A stretch of DNA of 64,000 nt from an uncultured Opitutales bacterium. Lineage in GTDB: Bacteria; Verrucomicrobiota; Verrucomicrobiia; Opitutales; Seribacteraceae. Shown here one piece after another: positions 54,032 to 62,967 of the stretch. Position 1 is the first letter of the stretch. The number at the start of each line of letters is the position of its first letter. Under the pieces are notes generated by a model. It did no database searches. It worked only from the letters and a program-made list of their open reading frames with translations, and was not told the origin of the DNA. The stretch spans positions 2,368-66,367 of the forward strand of contig CALKMX010000015.1 of assembly GCA_938091675.1 (NCBI GenBank), read 5' to 3'. A program made the translations under genes and the position numbers.

Positions 54032-55047
54032 AGGGTTTCTTGTTTCAACTCTTGAAAATTTTGTGGGAGTTCTATTTTAGGCATATGCTTAGGAGCTGTT
54101 CTGGTATTTCTTTGTAGGTTATCTTCTTTTTTCCTCAGCATTCCGTTCATAATCTCCCTTATTTTTTGCTTCATCCAAATCGCGGTAGATGATTTTGGTG
54201 AGTAGTCTGCGGGGCCATTATTGTGAACTCTTCCACTTTCTACTAAATTACAGGTTTGGGCAAATTCATCTTCATCCGCCGGGTCGTATACTGCATATGT
54301 TTTGCCTCCCATCTGTTTTACAACAGCAAAGACCGGGACATCACTCGGTCCATCTGCAACATAAATTAATTGATCGAAAGGAATTCTTCTAAGCTCGTGC
54401 GGGATGGATGAATTAACTTCTAATTTCGTGTTCTTATTACAGCCTTTATTAATCTCAAATATAAACCTTGTTTTAATCGTGTTATCAACCGCCAGACCAA
54501 TCTGAGAAATTTCCGGGTCTAGTGGTAAATATAAATCTGTTTGACTTAGAAAATTAGGGGGAAGGGCAGATTCAATAAATTCGGAAGCAAATATTCCGCT
54601 AACATAAGAAGATATTTTACTGCCGGCTATCATTTGTGCCAGCCCAGTACTTATAATATAGTGCTCGATTTTAATATCGTGATCATTGAAGCCAGTTTCT
54701 TGGGGTATCCTTGCGATTTCTTCAAAGAAATCAGGTAGTCCTGGATAAAACTCGAGGTCCTTTCCTAATTCAAAAAGTTTTTGGTTGGTGAGGCCCCTCA
54801 TTGGTCCGTTTTTCACATAACTCAATAAGTGATTTAGGTAGATTGTCTCTGCAGATACAGATAATCCCCTCAAGGCATATATTTCAGGTAGTTTATTTAC
54901 TTCAGTCCAAAAAGTTTTTTCATTGATACCAAAATGCTTAAACAGGGGAGTCTGCATGTAGCCAGGAATCAATGTCTTGTCAAAATCCCATACACAAGCG
55001 ACTACATTTTGATTATGCAACGGATTGGACTGTGGGGCTTTGCTCAA
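54019..55047 (-). CDS. HAD-superfamily hydrolase (large cap), first gene of the pyrB operon
   Basis: 342 aa. Motif I is WDFDKTL (DxDxT). Motif IV is YVADGPSDVP. Substrate unknown. Confidence 0.65.
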   Translation of the reverse strand: MSKAPQSNPLHNQNVVACVWDFDKTLIPGYMQTPLFKHFGINEKTFWTEVNKLPEIYALRGLSVSAETIYLNHLLSYVKNGPMRGLTNQKLFELGKDLEFYPGLPDFFEEIARIPQETGFNDHDIKIEHYIISTGLAQMIAGSKISSYVSGIFASEFIESALPPNFLSQTDLYLPLDPEISQIGLAVDNTIKTRFIFEINKGCNKNTKLEVNSSIPHELRRIPFDQLIYVADGPSDVPVFAVVKQMGGKTYAVYDPADEDEFAQTCNLVESGRVHNNGPADYSPKSSTAIWMKQKIREIMNGMLRKKEDNLQRNTRTAPKHMPKIELPQNFQELKQETLWNL

Positions 55048-55090
55048 TTTAATCGTTTTCCTCCATACAATTTCTTATAATGCATTTTCT

Positions 55091-56167
55091 ATGGAAGAGC
55101 TACCAAATATCGAACCTTTCAAGCAAAGGTATAAAGAGCTTGAGACTCAACTCTCTGAACCCAATCTGTTTAAGGATGCGATACGGGCGAGCTCCCTCAA
55201 TAGAGAACATTCCCGCATAAGGAAAATCTTAGAAATTTATGATTCGGCCCATCGTTGCATTTCTGAGATACTATCAACCAATGAATTATTGGATGACCCG
55301 GAAATAGGTCCTTCAGCCCATGAAGAGATCGAGCTTTTGGAAAAAAGGCGTGAATCATTAAATAGCTCTTTATTAATGGCTATGCTTCCAGAGGAAGCAG
55401 ATACTGGCAAAAATACTATTATTGAAATCCGTGCTGGAGCGGGTGGAGATGAGGCTTCTCTTTTTGCCGCTGATTTATTCAGAATGTATTGCAAATTTGG
55501 CGAAAATAAGTCTTGGGGTTTTGAATGCTTAAGCCAAAGCAGTTCTGAAACCGGTGGATTTAAAGAGGTGGTGTTTGTATTTAAGGGAGAAGATGCTTGG
55601 ACTAAAATGAGGTTTGAGAGTGGGGTACATCGAGTACAAAGAATTCCAGTTACTGAAACAGGCGGTAGAATTCATACCTCAACGGCCACAGTTGCCGTTT
55701 TGCCAGAAGCTCAAGAAGTTGAGATTTCAATAGATCCACAGGATCTCGAAATTAATGTTTGCCGCGCCTCGGGCCCTGGTGGCCAAGGTGTTAACACCAC
55801 TGATTCCGCTGTTCAAATTATGCATAAACCCAGCGGGATTTCTGTCTACTGTGCAGATGAGAGATCTCAGCTAAAAAATAAAGCCAAAGCCATGACTGTG
55901 CTTCGCTCCAGGCTTTTAAAAGCAAGACAGGCTGAGGAGGATGCAAAGTATGCAAAGGATCGAAAAAATCAGGTCGGCTCTGGCGACCGAAGTGAAAGAA
56001 TCAGGACCTATAACTTTCCTCAAAGCAGGTTGACGGATCACAGAATTAATTACACAACCCACTCATTGAGTGATGTGATGATGGGCGATCTCGATCAGCT
56101 TATCGACGCCCTGATTGCCCACGATCAATCTATTAAGTTACAGAATCTATTAAAGCACGGTGAATAA
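55091..56167 (+). CDS. prfA: Peptide chain release factor 1
   Basis: PVT tripeptide (RIPVTETGGRIHTS), GGQ (SGPGGQGVNTTDSAV), and RIRTYNFPQSRLTDHRI. The ORF in the track begins at 55025. Homology begins at MEELPNIEPF (55091). Confidence 0.92.
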   Translation: MEELPNIEPFKQRYKELETQLSEPNLFKDAIRASSLNREHSRIRKILEIYDSAHRCISEILSTNELLDDPEIGPSAHEEIELLEKRRESLNSSLLMAMLPEEADTGKNTIIEIRAGAGGDEASLFAADLFRMYCKFGENKSWGFECLSQSSSETGGFKEVVFVFKGEDAWTKMRFESGVHRVQRIPVTETGGRIHTSTATVAVLPEAQEVEISIDPQDLEINVCRASGPGGQGVNTTDSAVQIMHKPSGISVYCADERSQLKNKAKAMTVLRSRLLKARQAEEDAKYAKDRKNQVGSGDRSERIRTYNFPQSRLTDHRINYTTHSLSDVMMGDLDQLIDALIAHDQSIKLQNLLKHGE

Positions 56168-57017
56168 TGATCCTCTCACTATTTTGGAGGTCATTTCAAA
56201 ATCTTCTTTATACCTAGAAAGAAAAGGAGTACCTAATCATAAAATTGATGCAGAGTGGCTAGTTGCATCTGCCCTTAACTGTAAAAGGATGGACCTTTAT
56301 TTAAGGTTTGGGGAAATTCTTAAAGGAGATATTTTATCTCAAATTAAGAGCCTTGTTATGCTACGGGGTAGCCGTATTCCGTTGCAACATATATTGGGTA
56401 AGGTTCAATTTGCTGGTTTGACCTTAAAATCGGACCAAAGGGCCCTAGTCCCTCGATTTGAAACGGAATTCTTAGTTGATTTTTTGCATCATAGGCTCAC
56501 ACCCGAATTCGAGGGAAATGTAGCAGATTTGGGATGTGGTGGTGGTGCTATTCTGTTAAGTCTTTGTACACTTTTGCCAAAGGTTACAGGCATTGGGTTC
56601 GATAATTCATTAGAAGCCCTGACTTTAGCGAATGAAAATCTTTTTCTTTGTGGATTAGAGGAGCGAATTTGTTTCAAAGATTTTGATTGGGTAACACAAA
56701 ACACTTTAAGTAATAAATTTGATCTCATTGTTTCTAATCCCCCGTATCTCACTCAAGAGGAGTGGTCACTTGCAGAGCCTGAGGTCAAATTGCATGATCC
56801 AATCCAAGCCTTGGTTGCTAAAAATGGTGGACTATCAGACATCGAACGGGTGATTTCAATCGCCGTTAATTCACTAGAGTCAAATGGCTTACTAGCTCTT
56901 GAATTTGGCGTAGACCATGCCGATGTAGTGAAGAACTTACTGTCTGTGGCATTTGATGCCGAAATAATTTCGGACCAGTATTTAGTTAGGCGATTCGCGT
57001 TTGCCGTAAAAAAGTGA
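56160..57017 (+). CDS. prmC: Release-factor glutamine N5-methyltransferase PrmC (HemK)
   Basis: 285 aa. SAM motif DLGCGGGAI, and the catalytic VSNPPYL. Overlaps the prfA end by 8 nt. Confidence 0.9.
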   Translation: MNNDPLTILEVISKSSLYLERKGVPNHKIDAEWLVASALNCKRMDLYLRFGEILKGDILSQIKSLVMLRGSRIPLQHILGKVQFAGLTLKSDQRALVPRFETEFLVDFLHHRLTPEFEGNVADLGCGGGAILLSLCTLLPKVTGIGFDNSLEALTLANENLFLCGLEERICFKDFDWVTQNTLSNKFDLIVSNPPYLTQEEWSLAEPEVKLHDPIQALVAKNGGLSDIERVISIAVNSLESNGLLALEFGVDHADVVKNLLSVAFDAEIISDQYLVRRFAFAVKK

Positions 57018-57024
57018 TGTTGAC

Positions 57025-59328
57025 CTAAATATTCCGATTACCATGGGTTTGGGCATGGGTAACCCGGTTTGAGGAGATTTCACTCACCCAATCGCGAAGA
57101 ATTCTTAAGCTTTCATGCAGCCTTATATCCAGATTTTCAGGTGTTATGAATGAGTTTTCTGTTTGGTTATTATCCTCATTTGCAAGACCTCTTGCAGCCA
57201 ATGATTTTTCTTTTTGTTCATTAACAATCTGAAGAAAAAGATCACGGGATGGAAATGAGAGATCTGATAAGGATTCAAACTCCTTATTGAGTGCAACGGT
57301 TTTATTTTCATCCTGCTGTTTTTGGTTTAGTCTAGACATTAAATTGAGCGATACACTTTTCTGCTCTCTTTTTTGCTTAAACCAAGCGATGTTTTTCTCT
57401 AAATATTCGAACTCTTTAGTAGACTCCTGCCTTAATTTACTCGATATTCGCAAAGATTCGATGGTTGGCTCCGTGTACTTAAACTCACCCTCCGGACGCC
57501 TGAAATTTACTTCCGGAATTTTATCCCAAGCAAGGGCTTTCTCGAGGTCGGACTCTCCAATTGGTAAATATTCGTTAATGGAATGCATAACAATATCACT
57601 CGTTACTCCCGTTAACTGAGTACTCTCACCGGATGGAAGATAATATTTTTGGATGGTTATTTTTGCGGCACTTTTCTTGCCATCCATGGAGTGAATGGAA
57701 AAGGGCAGATTCATTGGAATAAGGGATTGAACCGTGCCTTTCCCGTGCGTGGAGGTATCACCAACAATCAGTGCCCTTCGGTGATTTTTTAAAGCTCCTG
57801 CAACAATTTCTGATGCAGACGCACTGTAGCGGGATACAAGGACAACCAAAGGCCCGTCCCAGGCTAATTTGGGATTGAAATCAAACTTCTTACGAACTTT
57901 TCCATCTGAACTTTTTACCTGAACAACGGGTCCTCTAGAAATAAAAAGGCCGGCAAGGTTTACCGCCTCACTAAGGTAACCACCTCCATTTCTGCGAAGG
58001 TCTAAAACCAGACCCTGTATGGATTCGTCCTTCAAGGAATTGACGAGTTCCTCAACATCATCGGTTGCCTTATGCCCATCATCACTGGATCCATAAAACG
58101 ATGGCAATTCCACAACTCCAAATAAAAATTCTTCCTCTTTGTCGGTAACCTTGTGCAAAGAAGCACTCGCCAGATTTGCGGTAAGTTTGATTTTATCTCG
58201 AACAATTTTAACTATTTTGGAAGTAGAGGGATTGGAAAAAGGGCGGATTTTTAAAGACACCACAGTATCTTTGGGTCCCTTTATTAATTCTACAATTTTC
58301 GAAAGTTTCATTTCCACCACATCAACAAACTCGCCCTCTCCTTGGGCAACTTTAAGGATGATGTCTTCAGGCTCTAATTCCCGAGATGCTTCAGCCGGCC
58401 CCCCAGGTAAAAGTTCTTTGATTGTACAATATCCGTCCGAATCCGTAAGCACTGCACCAATTCCAACAAATTCGTTATGCATAGCTTGATCAAACTTTTC
58501 CTTCTCTTTGATGTTTAAAAAGGATGTATGAGGATCAAACATTTGGGTTAAAGTAGTGAGGTACAATTCCTGGACGTCAGTTGCCTCAAACTCCAAAATA
58601 TTTCTTCGCCAGCGTTCATATTTCTTCCTAATCCTGCCCAGTGTCTCCTGTTCCCTGTTTTCCAATAAAGTTAAGGTTTGTTCGGTCGTTTCATTTTCAT
58701 CTATCTGGGAGAATATTTCATTGATATACTCGTGAATCAATAGATTGCTCCATGTTTTGTCTAATTCAACTGCCGTCATGGGCCACTCGATATCGGAGCG
58801 ATCTACAAGATATGATTGGTTTGTTTCAAGGATTGGAGCCTTTGTGAATAAATTTAGTACAGAATCGAGCCTTTCTAGTGCCTTTTGCCGATAATTTTCG
58901 TAAATTTCAAAGGCAGGAAAAAGGTTACCTTGCTTAAGATAACTGAGGAGGGTGGGTTTGTACCTTTCTACGATCTGCTTCGCGTCACGGGATGTAAAAA
59001 ATAATTTTTGTTTATCTAAATTTTGTAAAAAATTTTCTAGAAATTGAATTATATCCAAATCTTTTATAGATAACCTTTTAAAATGAGCCTTTTCCAGTGC
59101 ACTTAGTAACCACTTGGTTTCATCAGTCATTATTGGCACGGGAACTAAAGGTTCAAATGGTGCTTCCCTGCTAGGGGAGACAGGCGTTTTATTAGCATTT
59201 AAAGAAGTGTCTGAATGTTCTGATCGGACAGGATTTAATGAAATAAATGGTCCATTTAACTCAGCGAGGACTGGGTTTCCCGCAAAAAAACAATAAAGCA
59301 GGATAAAGACAGGTGTTATGCACTTCAT
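57025..59328 (-). CDS. S41-family tail-specific (C-terminal processing) protease
   Basis: 767 aa. Signal peptide, PDZ (GIGAVLTDSDGYCTIKELLPGGPA), DLRRNGGGYL, SRYSASASEIVAGAL, and HGKGTVQ. Confidence 0.88.
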   Translation of the reverse strand: MKCITPVFILLYCFFAGNPVLAELNGPFISLNPVRSEHSDTSLNANKTPVSPSREAPFEPLVPVPIMTDETKWLLSALEKAHFKRLSIKDLDIIQFLENFLQNLDKQKLFFTSRDAKQIVERYKPTLLSYLKQGNLFPAFEIYENYRQKALERLDSVLNLFTKAPILETNQSYLVDRSDIEWPMTAVELDKTWSNLLIHEYINEIFSQIDENETTEQTLTLLENREQETLGRIRKKYERWRRNILEFEATDVQELYLTTLTQMFDPHTSFLNIKEKEKFDQAMHNEFVGIGAVLTDSDGYCTIKELLPGGPAEASRELEPEDIILKVAQGEGEFVDVVEMKLSKIVELIKGPKDTVVSLKIRPFSNPSTSKIVKIVRDKIKLTANLASASLHKVTDKEEEFLFGVVELPSFYGSSDDGHKATDDVEELVNSLKDESIQGLVLDLRRNGGGYLSEAVNLAGLFISRGPVVQVKSSDGKVRKKFDFNPKLAWDGPLVVLVSRYSASASEIVAGALKNHRRALIVGDTSTHGKGTVQSLIPMNLPFSIHSMDGKKSAAKITIQKYYLPSGESTQLTGVTSDIVMHSINEYLPIGESDLEKALAWDKIPEVNFRRPEGEFKYTEPTIESLRISSKLRQESTKEFEYLEKNIAWFKQKREQKSVSLNLMSRLNQKQQDENKTVALNKEFESLSDLSFPSRDLFLQIVNEQKEKSLAARGLANEDNNQTENSFITPENLDIRLHESLRILRDWVSEISSNRVTHAQTHGNRNI

Positions 59329-59349
59329 TACATCAAGAGTGTAGAAATA

Positions 59350-60213
59350 TCATTTTCCTAACAGCTTTTTCGCATTTTCCAAAGTTTCTTTTTCTGAATC
59401 GGTTAAGGACCCAAAGCCTTTTTCATTAATTTTATCAAGAATTCTGTCCGTTTCTTCTTTTAATGAGGAAGCGGCTCCAAAATTTACGCGGTACCTTGAG
59501 CCCATGTGTTTTCGGCTAACTTTAGATGTGCGCGACTTCGTAGAAGTAATAAATTTAAAACTTAGAGGAAAACTAAGGCTTCCTTTATTGTGAAGAAAAA
59601 ATAACAAGCCAGCGAACATTCCTCCAAGGTGAGCAGAATGGGCAATTCCGCCATATCCCGATAGCTCAGTGAATAAAAATCCATATAATTCTAAAACTAA
59701 TGTTCCACACAAAACCCACTTGGGCTTGATGGTGATGGGTAAAATAAAAAACAATAGAAGAGTAATTGGCTGATTGGGGTTGCGTAAACAAAATATGCAA
59801 AGAGTGCCAAGGACTATTGCAGATGCTCCGACAATGTACTGCTGGGGCGAGTTGTTAAAGGGAAGCCAAGCGATCAGCCCCATTATTAATGCAATAACTG
59901 TAAAGGTTATAAATTGAGGACGTCCGAGTAATTCCTCAACTGGCCTACCTATAAAGTGAATACCAAGAAGATTGAATAGTAAGTGGAGTGGCCCGTCATG
60001 TAAAAGGCCATATGTTAATACCGTCCAGACATAACCATTTTTTAAATTTGAAATACCAAAAGCGAAAATATTATTAATTGTACTAAGCGACAAGATCAGT
60101 CCAAATATTGCTTGAAGTAGGAAGCAAGAAATTAAAAGAATAATTAATTGATCACAAAACGATCTACTAAATAGGTGGTTCGGTGACTTCATGTAAGTTC
60201 TGTCGTAAAGCAT
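59350..60213 (-). CDS. Rhomboid-family intramembrane serine protease with a soluble C-terminal tail of about 75 aa
   Basis: 287 aa. HDGPLHLLFNLLG (HxxxN), catalytic Ser VGASAIVLG, and catalytic His AHLGGMFAGL. The tail ends ...DRILDKINEKGFGSLTDSEKETLENAKKLL. Confidence 0.85.
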   Translation of the reverse strand: MLYDRTYMKSPNHLFSRSFCDQLIILLISCFLLQAIFGLILSLSTINNIFAFGISNLKNGYVWTVLTYGLLHDGPLHLLFNLLGIHFIGRPVEELLGRPQFITFTVIALIMGLIAWLPFNNSPQQYIVGASAIVLGTLCIFCLRNPNQPITLLLFFILPITIKPKWVLCGTLVLELYGFLFTELSGYGGIAHSAHLGGMFAGLLFFLHNKGSLSFPLSFKFITSTKSRTSKVSRKHMGSRYRVNFGAASSLKEETDRILDKINEKGFGSLTDSEKETLENAKKLLGK

Positions 60214-60256
60214 TAGCCAATAGAATATTTAGGATTTAAGAGAAAAACAACAACAG

Positions 60257-61741
60257 ATGGTAAAGCAATTAAAGAGTGAAGCGTACATTATTATGCTTAC
60301 CTGCTGTGTTCTAATTCTTCATCTGTCAATTACCTATGCTGATTATATCAGAAACTTATGGATGATAATATTTGTCTGCAATATATTATTAACAAGATAT
60401 ATAAAAAGTAAGCATAACAGAAAAAAGGTATGGATTCTAAATTTTATATTTTTAATTTTTGTATTCAATAGTAGAATTTACTTAACTAATAATCAATCCT
60501 TTGATCGTGATTATGATAATGGAAAATCAAAGGAATATGTTTTGGAATTATTATCTTATAAAAATGATATTTTAGATTTCGGTTTAAGTAAATTTAATCG
60601 TGTAAAAATTATAAGTACAATACCTCATAATGAAAATTTAGTTGGAAGACTCGCTACGATTTATAATTCAGATAATCCAAATTTTAAGAAATCAGATTCG
60701 CTAATTATAGGTAATGTAAATGAATGCACGAATGGGATTAGTATTAAAAATATAAGAGATTTACAAAGTAAAGAATTATTTACAAAAAAAGGATGTGAAA
60801 ATACAGAAAATTTTTTAAATAATATTATTATGTACGAATCTGTACAATTTGGATGGTCAATGTTGACTGGTAGTAAGAATTATTTAAGTGATACAATCAG
60901 GTCAAAATTTATCAGCACAGGCACTATGCACCTTTTTGCTGTCAGCGGTTTACATATTGGTTTTTTTTATCTTATTATATCATTGATTTTTAAACCTATA
61001 CGAATTTCTCGCATTTATCTGATTGTGCTTAAATTATCGATTTGCTCCTTTTTCCTGCATGCGATTGATAGTCCATACTCAGGAATTCGAGCGTTACTCA
61101 TGATCAGTGTATTTGAGTTAAGTCACCTGATTACGAGAAGATATAGTAACATTTCAAGTTTTTGCCTCGCTGTTTTGATAATGAATTTCTTAAACAAGGA
61201 AATTATTTTTTCGGTAAGTGCACAACTTTCATTTACTGTAGTACTTTTTATATTATTTGTAATACAAGATAATTCTATACTAAAGGATAATAAGGTTTTT
61301 TCTTATAAAAATATATTTTTGATTTTTATTATTTCTTTTTCTGCGTCTGCTGGTTCTCTTATTCTTGTCCTGGATCACTTTAATTATTTTTCATTTACGA
61401 GTATTTTAGTTAATGTATTAATTGCTCCTTTTCTGTTTATATTCTATTCTGTTAATCTTTTGTTTTTTGTTTCATACTTTTTATTTAATAGTCTTATTTT
61501 ATTTGTTCCCCAAGTTATGTTATATGAAATAATTTATTACATCGTTGATTTGGGATTCTTTGTTACATCTATTATTTCTTCATCAAAAAAATTTGATTTT
61601 GACCTCAATGATTTTACTCACTTCGTAGTCTTTATTTTTCTCTTATTTAGCTTCTGTTTTAAGATTAAGCCTAGGTTTAGATTTTTGATTATTTTTATTT
61701 ATTACTCCTTGTTTTGGGGATTTTGTTTTTGGTTATCATAG
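60257..61741 (+). CDS. comEC: ComEC/Rec2-family DNA internalisation channel protein, no C-terminal metallo-beta-lactamase domain
   Basis: 494 aa. Signature FISTGTMHLFAVSGLHIGFFY followed by multiple TM helices. An N-terminal OB/DUF4131-like segment is present. The ORF ends right after the membrane domain. The gene is extremely AT-rich. Confidence 0.75.
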   Translation: MVKQLKSEAYIIMLTCCVLILHLSITYADYIRNLWMIIFVCNILLTRYIKSKHNRKKVWILNFIFLIFVFNSRIYLTNNQSFDRDYDNGKSKEYVLELLSYKNDILDFGLSKFNRVKIISTIPHNENLVGRLATIYNSDNPNFKKSDSLIIGNVNECTNGISIKNIRDLQSKELFTKKGCENTENFLNNIIMYESVQFGWSMLTGSKNYLSDTIRSKFISTGTMHLFAVSGLHIGFFYLIISLIFKPIRISRIYLIVLKLSICSFFLHAIDSPYSGIRALLMISVFELSHLITRRYSNISSFCLAVLIMNFLNKEIIFSVSAQLSFTVVLFILFVIQDNSILKDNKVFSYKNIFLIFIISFSASAGSLILVLDHFNYFSFTSILVNVLIAPFLFIFYSVNLLFFVSYFLFNSLILFVPQVMLYEIIYYIVDLGFFVTSIISSSKKFDFDLNDFTHFVVFIFLLFSFCFKIKPRFRFLIIFIYYSLFWGFCFWLS

Positions 61742-61819
61742 AGAAATGATTTGCTCCTTTTTATCTGGATTGCCCTACTTGGCATCATAGAATATAGATA
61801 GATTCTCTTTATTTCGGTC

Positions 61820-62950
61820 ATGTATTCTAAAGATAATCTCCATTTATGGTCTCGAGGCCAAGGTCACTGGCAAGGTATCCCTAACTCAGAGTGGAATGAC
61901 TGGCGGTGGCAAATGAGAAATCGGCTTAGCAAAAAAGATGAAATTGCCCGTTTTATCAAACTTAGTGATGATGAAGCTGCGGGTCTTGATATTGCCGCTG
62001 CAAAACTTCATGTTTCAATAACCCCCCACTTTTTTAATTTAATTGATCCAGAAAATGTTAACTGTCCGATAAGAAGACAGGTTGTTCCAACATGCTCTGA
62101 GGGGGATATATTGGATTATGAGGATAACGACCCTGTTGGGGAGGAGGGCTCTATGGTTGTGCCCGGTTTGGTGCATCGCTATCCCGATAGGGTACTTTTA
62201 CTAGTAACCGATCGGTGCGGGTCTTATTGTAGATATTGTACCCGTAGTAGATTGGTTTCAAATGCACAAGGATATGGTTTTCATCCTCAGGTCGAAAAGA
62301 GCCTTGATTACATAAAGTCCCACACAGAGATTCGAGATGTGTTGCTTAGCGGAGGAGATCCCTTGCTTTTGTCTGACTCCAAGTTATCCAGCATTCTTAC
62401 AGCTCTTGCTGATATATCTCATGTGGAATTTGTGCGCATTGGTTCACGTCTGCCAGTTTTTCTTCCTCAGCGCATTACTTCTGGTTTATTGGATTCTCTA
62501 AATGCTCATCCTAATTTGTGGATGAGTATTCATGTAAATCATCCAACGGAGTGCACCGTTGAGCTTAAGGATGCATGTAATAAGCTTTCCAAATCAGGGA
62601 TTCCTCTGGGAAACCAATCTGTTTTACTTAGAGGTATTAATGATGACATTGAGACAATGAAAAGTCTTATTCATCGTCTCTTGATGATGAAGGTAAAGCC
62701 CTATTATTTATATCAGTGTGATCTAGTTCCGGGTAGCTCACACTTAAGGACCCCTGTTGCTAAAGGTATTGAAATCATTAAGGGCCTAAGGGGATCTACC
62801 ACGGGTTACGCGATTCCACAATTTGTTATTGATGCTCCGGGTGGGGGAGGGAAAATTCCCTTAAATCCAAATTATGTGGAAAGTTCTACCGATGATTTAT
62901 GGGTGTTGAAAAACTTTGAGGGAAAGTCTTTTTATTATCAGTCTGTTTAG
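61820..62950 (+). CDS. KamA-family radical SAM enzyme (lysine 2,3-aminomutase-like)
   Basis: 376 aa. CGSYCRYCTRS (CxxxCxxC), LSGGDPLLL, and the C-terminal PxFVIDAPGGGGK pattern typical of KamA/EpmB. Confidence 0.85.
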   Translation: MYSKDNLHLWSRGQGHWQGIPNSEWNDWRWQMRNRLSKKDEIARFIKLSDDEAAGLDIAAAKLHVSITPHFFNLIDPENVNCPIRRQVVPTCSEGDILDYEDNDPVGEEGSMVVPGLVHRYPDRVLLLVTDRCGSYCRYCTRSRLVSNAQGYGFHPQVEKSLDYIKSHTEIRDVLLSGGDPLLLSDSKLSSILTALADISHVEFVRIGSRLPVFLPQRITSGLLDSLNAHPNLWMSIHVNHPTECTVELKDACNKLSKSGIPLGNQSVLLRGINDDIETMKSLIHRLLMMKVKPYYLYQCDLVPGSSHLRTPVAKGIEIIKGLRGSTTGYAIPQFVIDAPGGGGKIPLNPNYVESSTDDLWVLKNFEGKSFYYQSV

Positions 62951-62967
62951 AAATTGGATGTAGTTAA

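Noticed and set aside
55025-55090. N-terminal extensions offered by the ORF track for prfA (55025-55090), hisH (3692-3754), rplV (19101-19172) and pyrC' (53091-53120)
   Set aside because: The extensions overlap neighbouring genes and lie upstream of where family homology begins. Internal starts give tidy junctions, either ATGA overlaps or a few nucleotides after the upstream stop.
55091-56167. Possible programmed +1 frameshift, as in prfB
   Set aside because: The protein has the RF1 PVT tripeptide and an uninterrupted frame. It is prfA, which is not frameshift-regulated.
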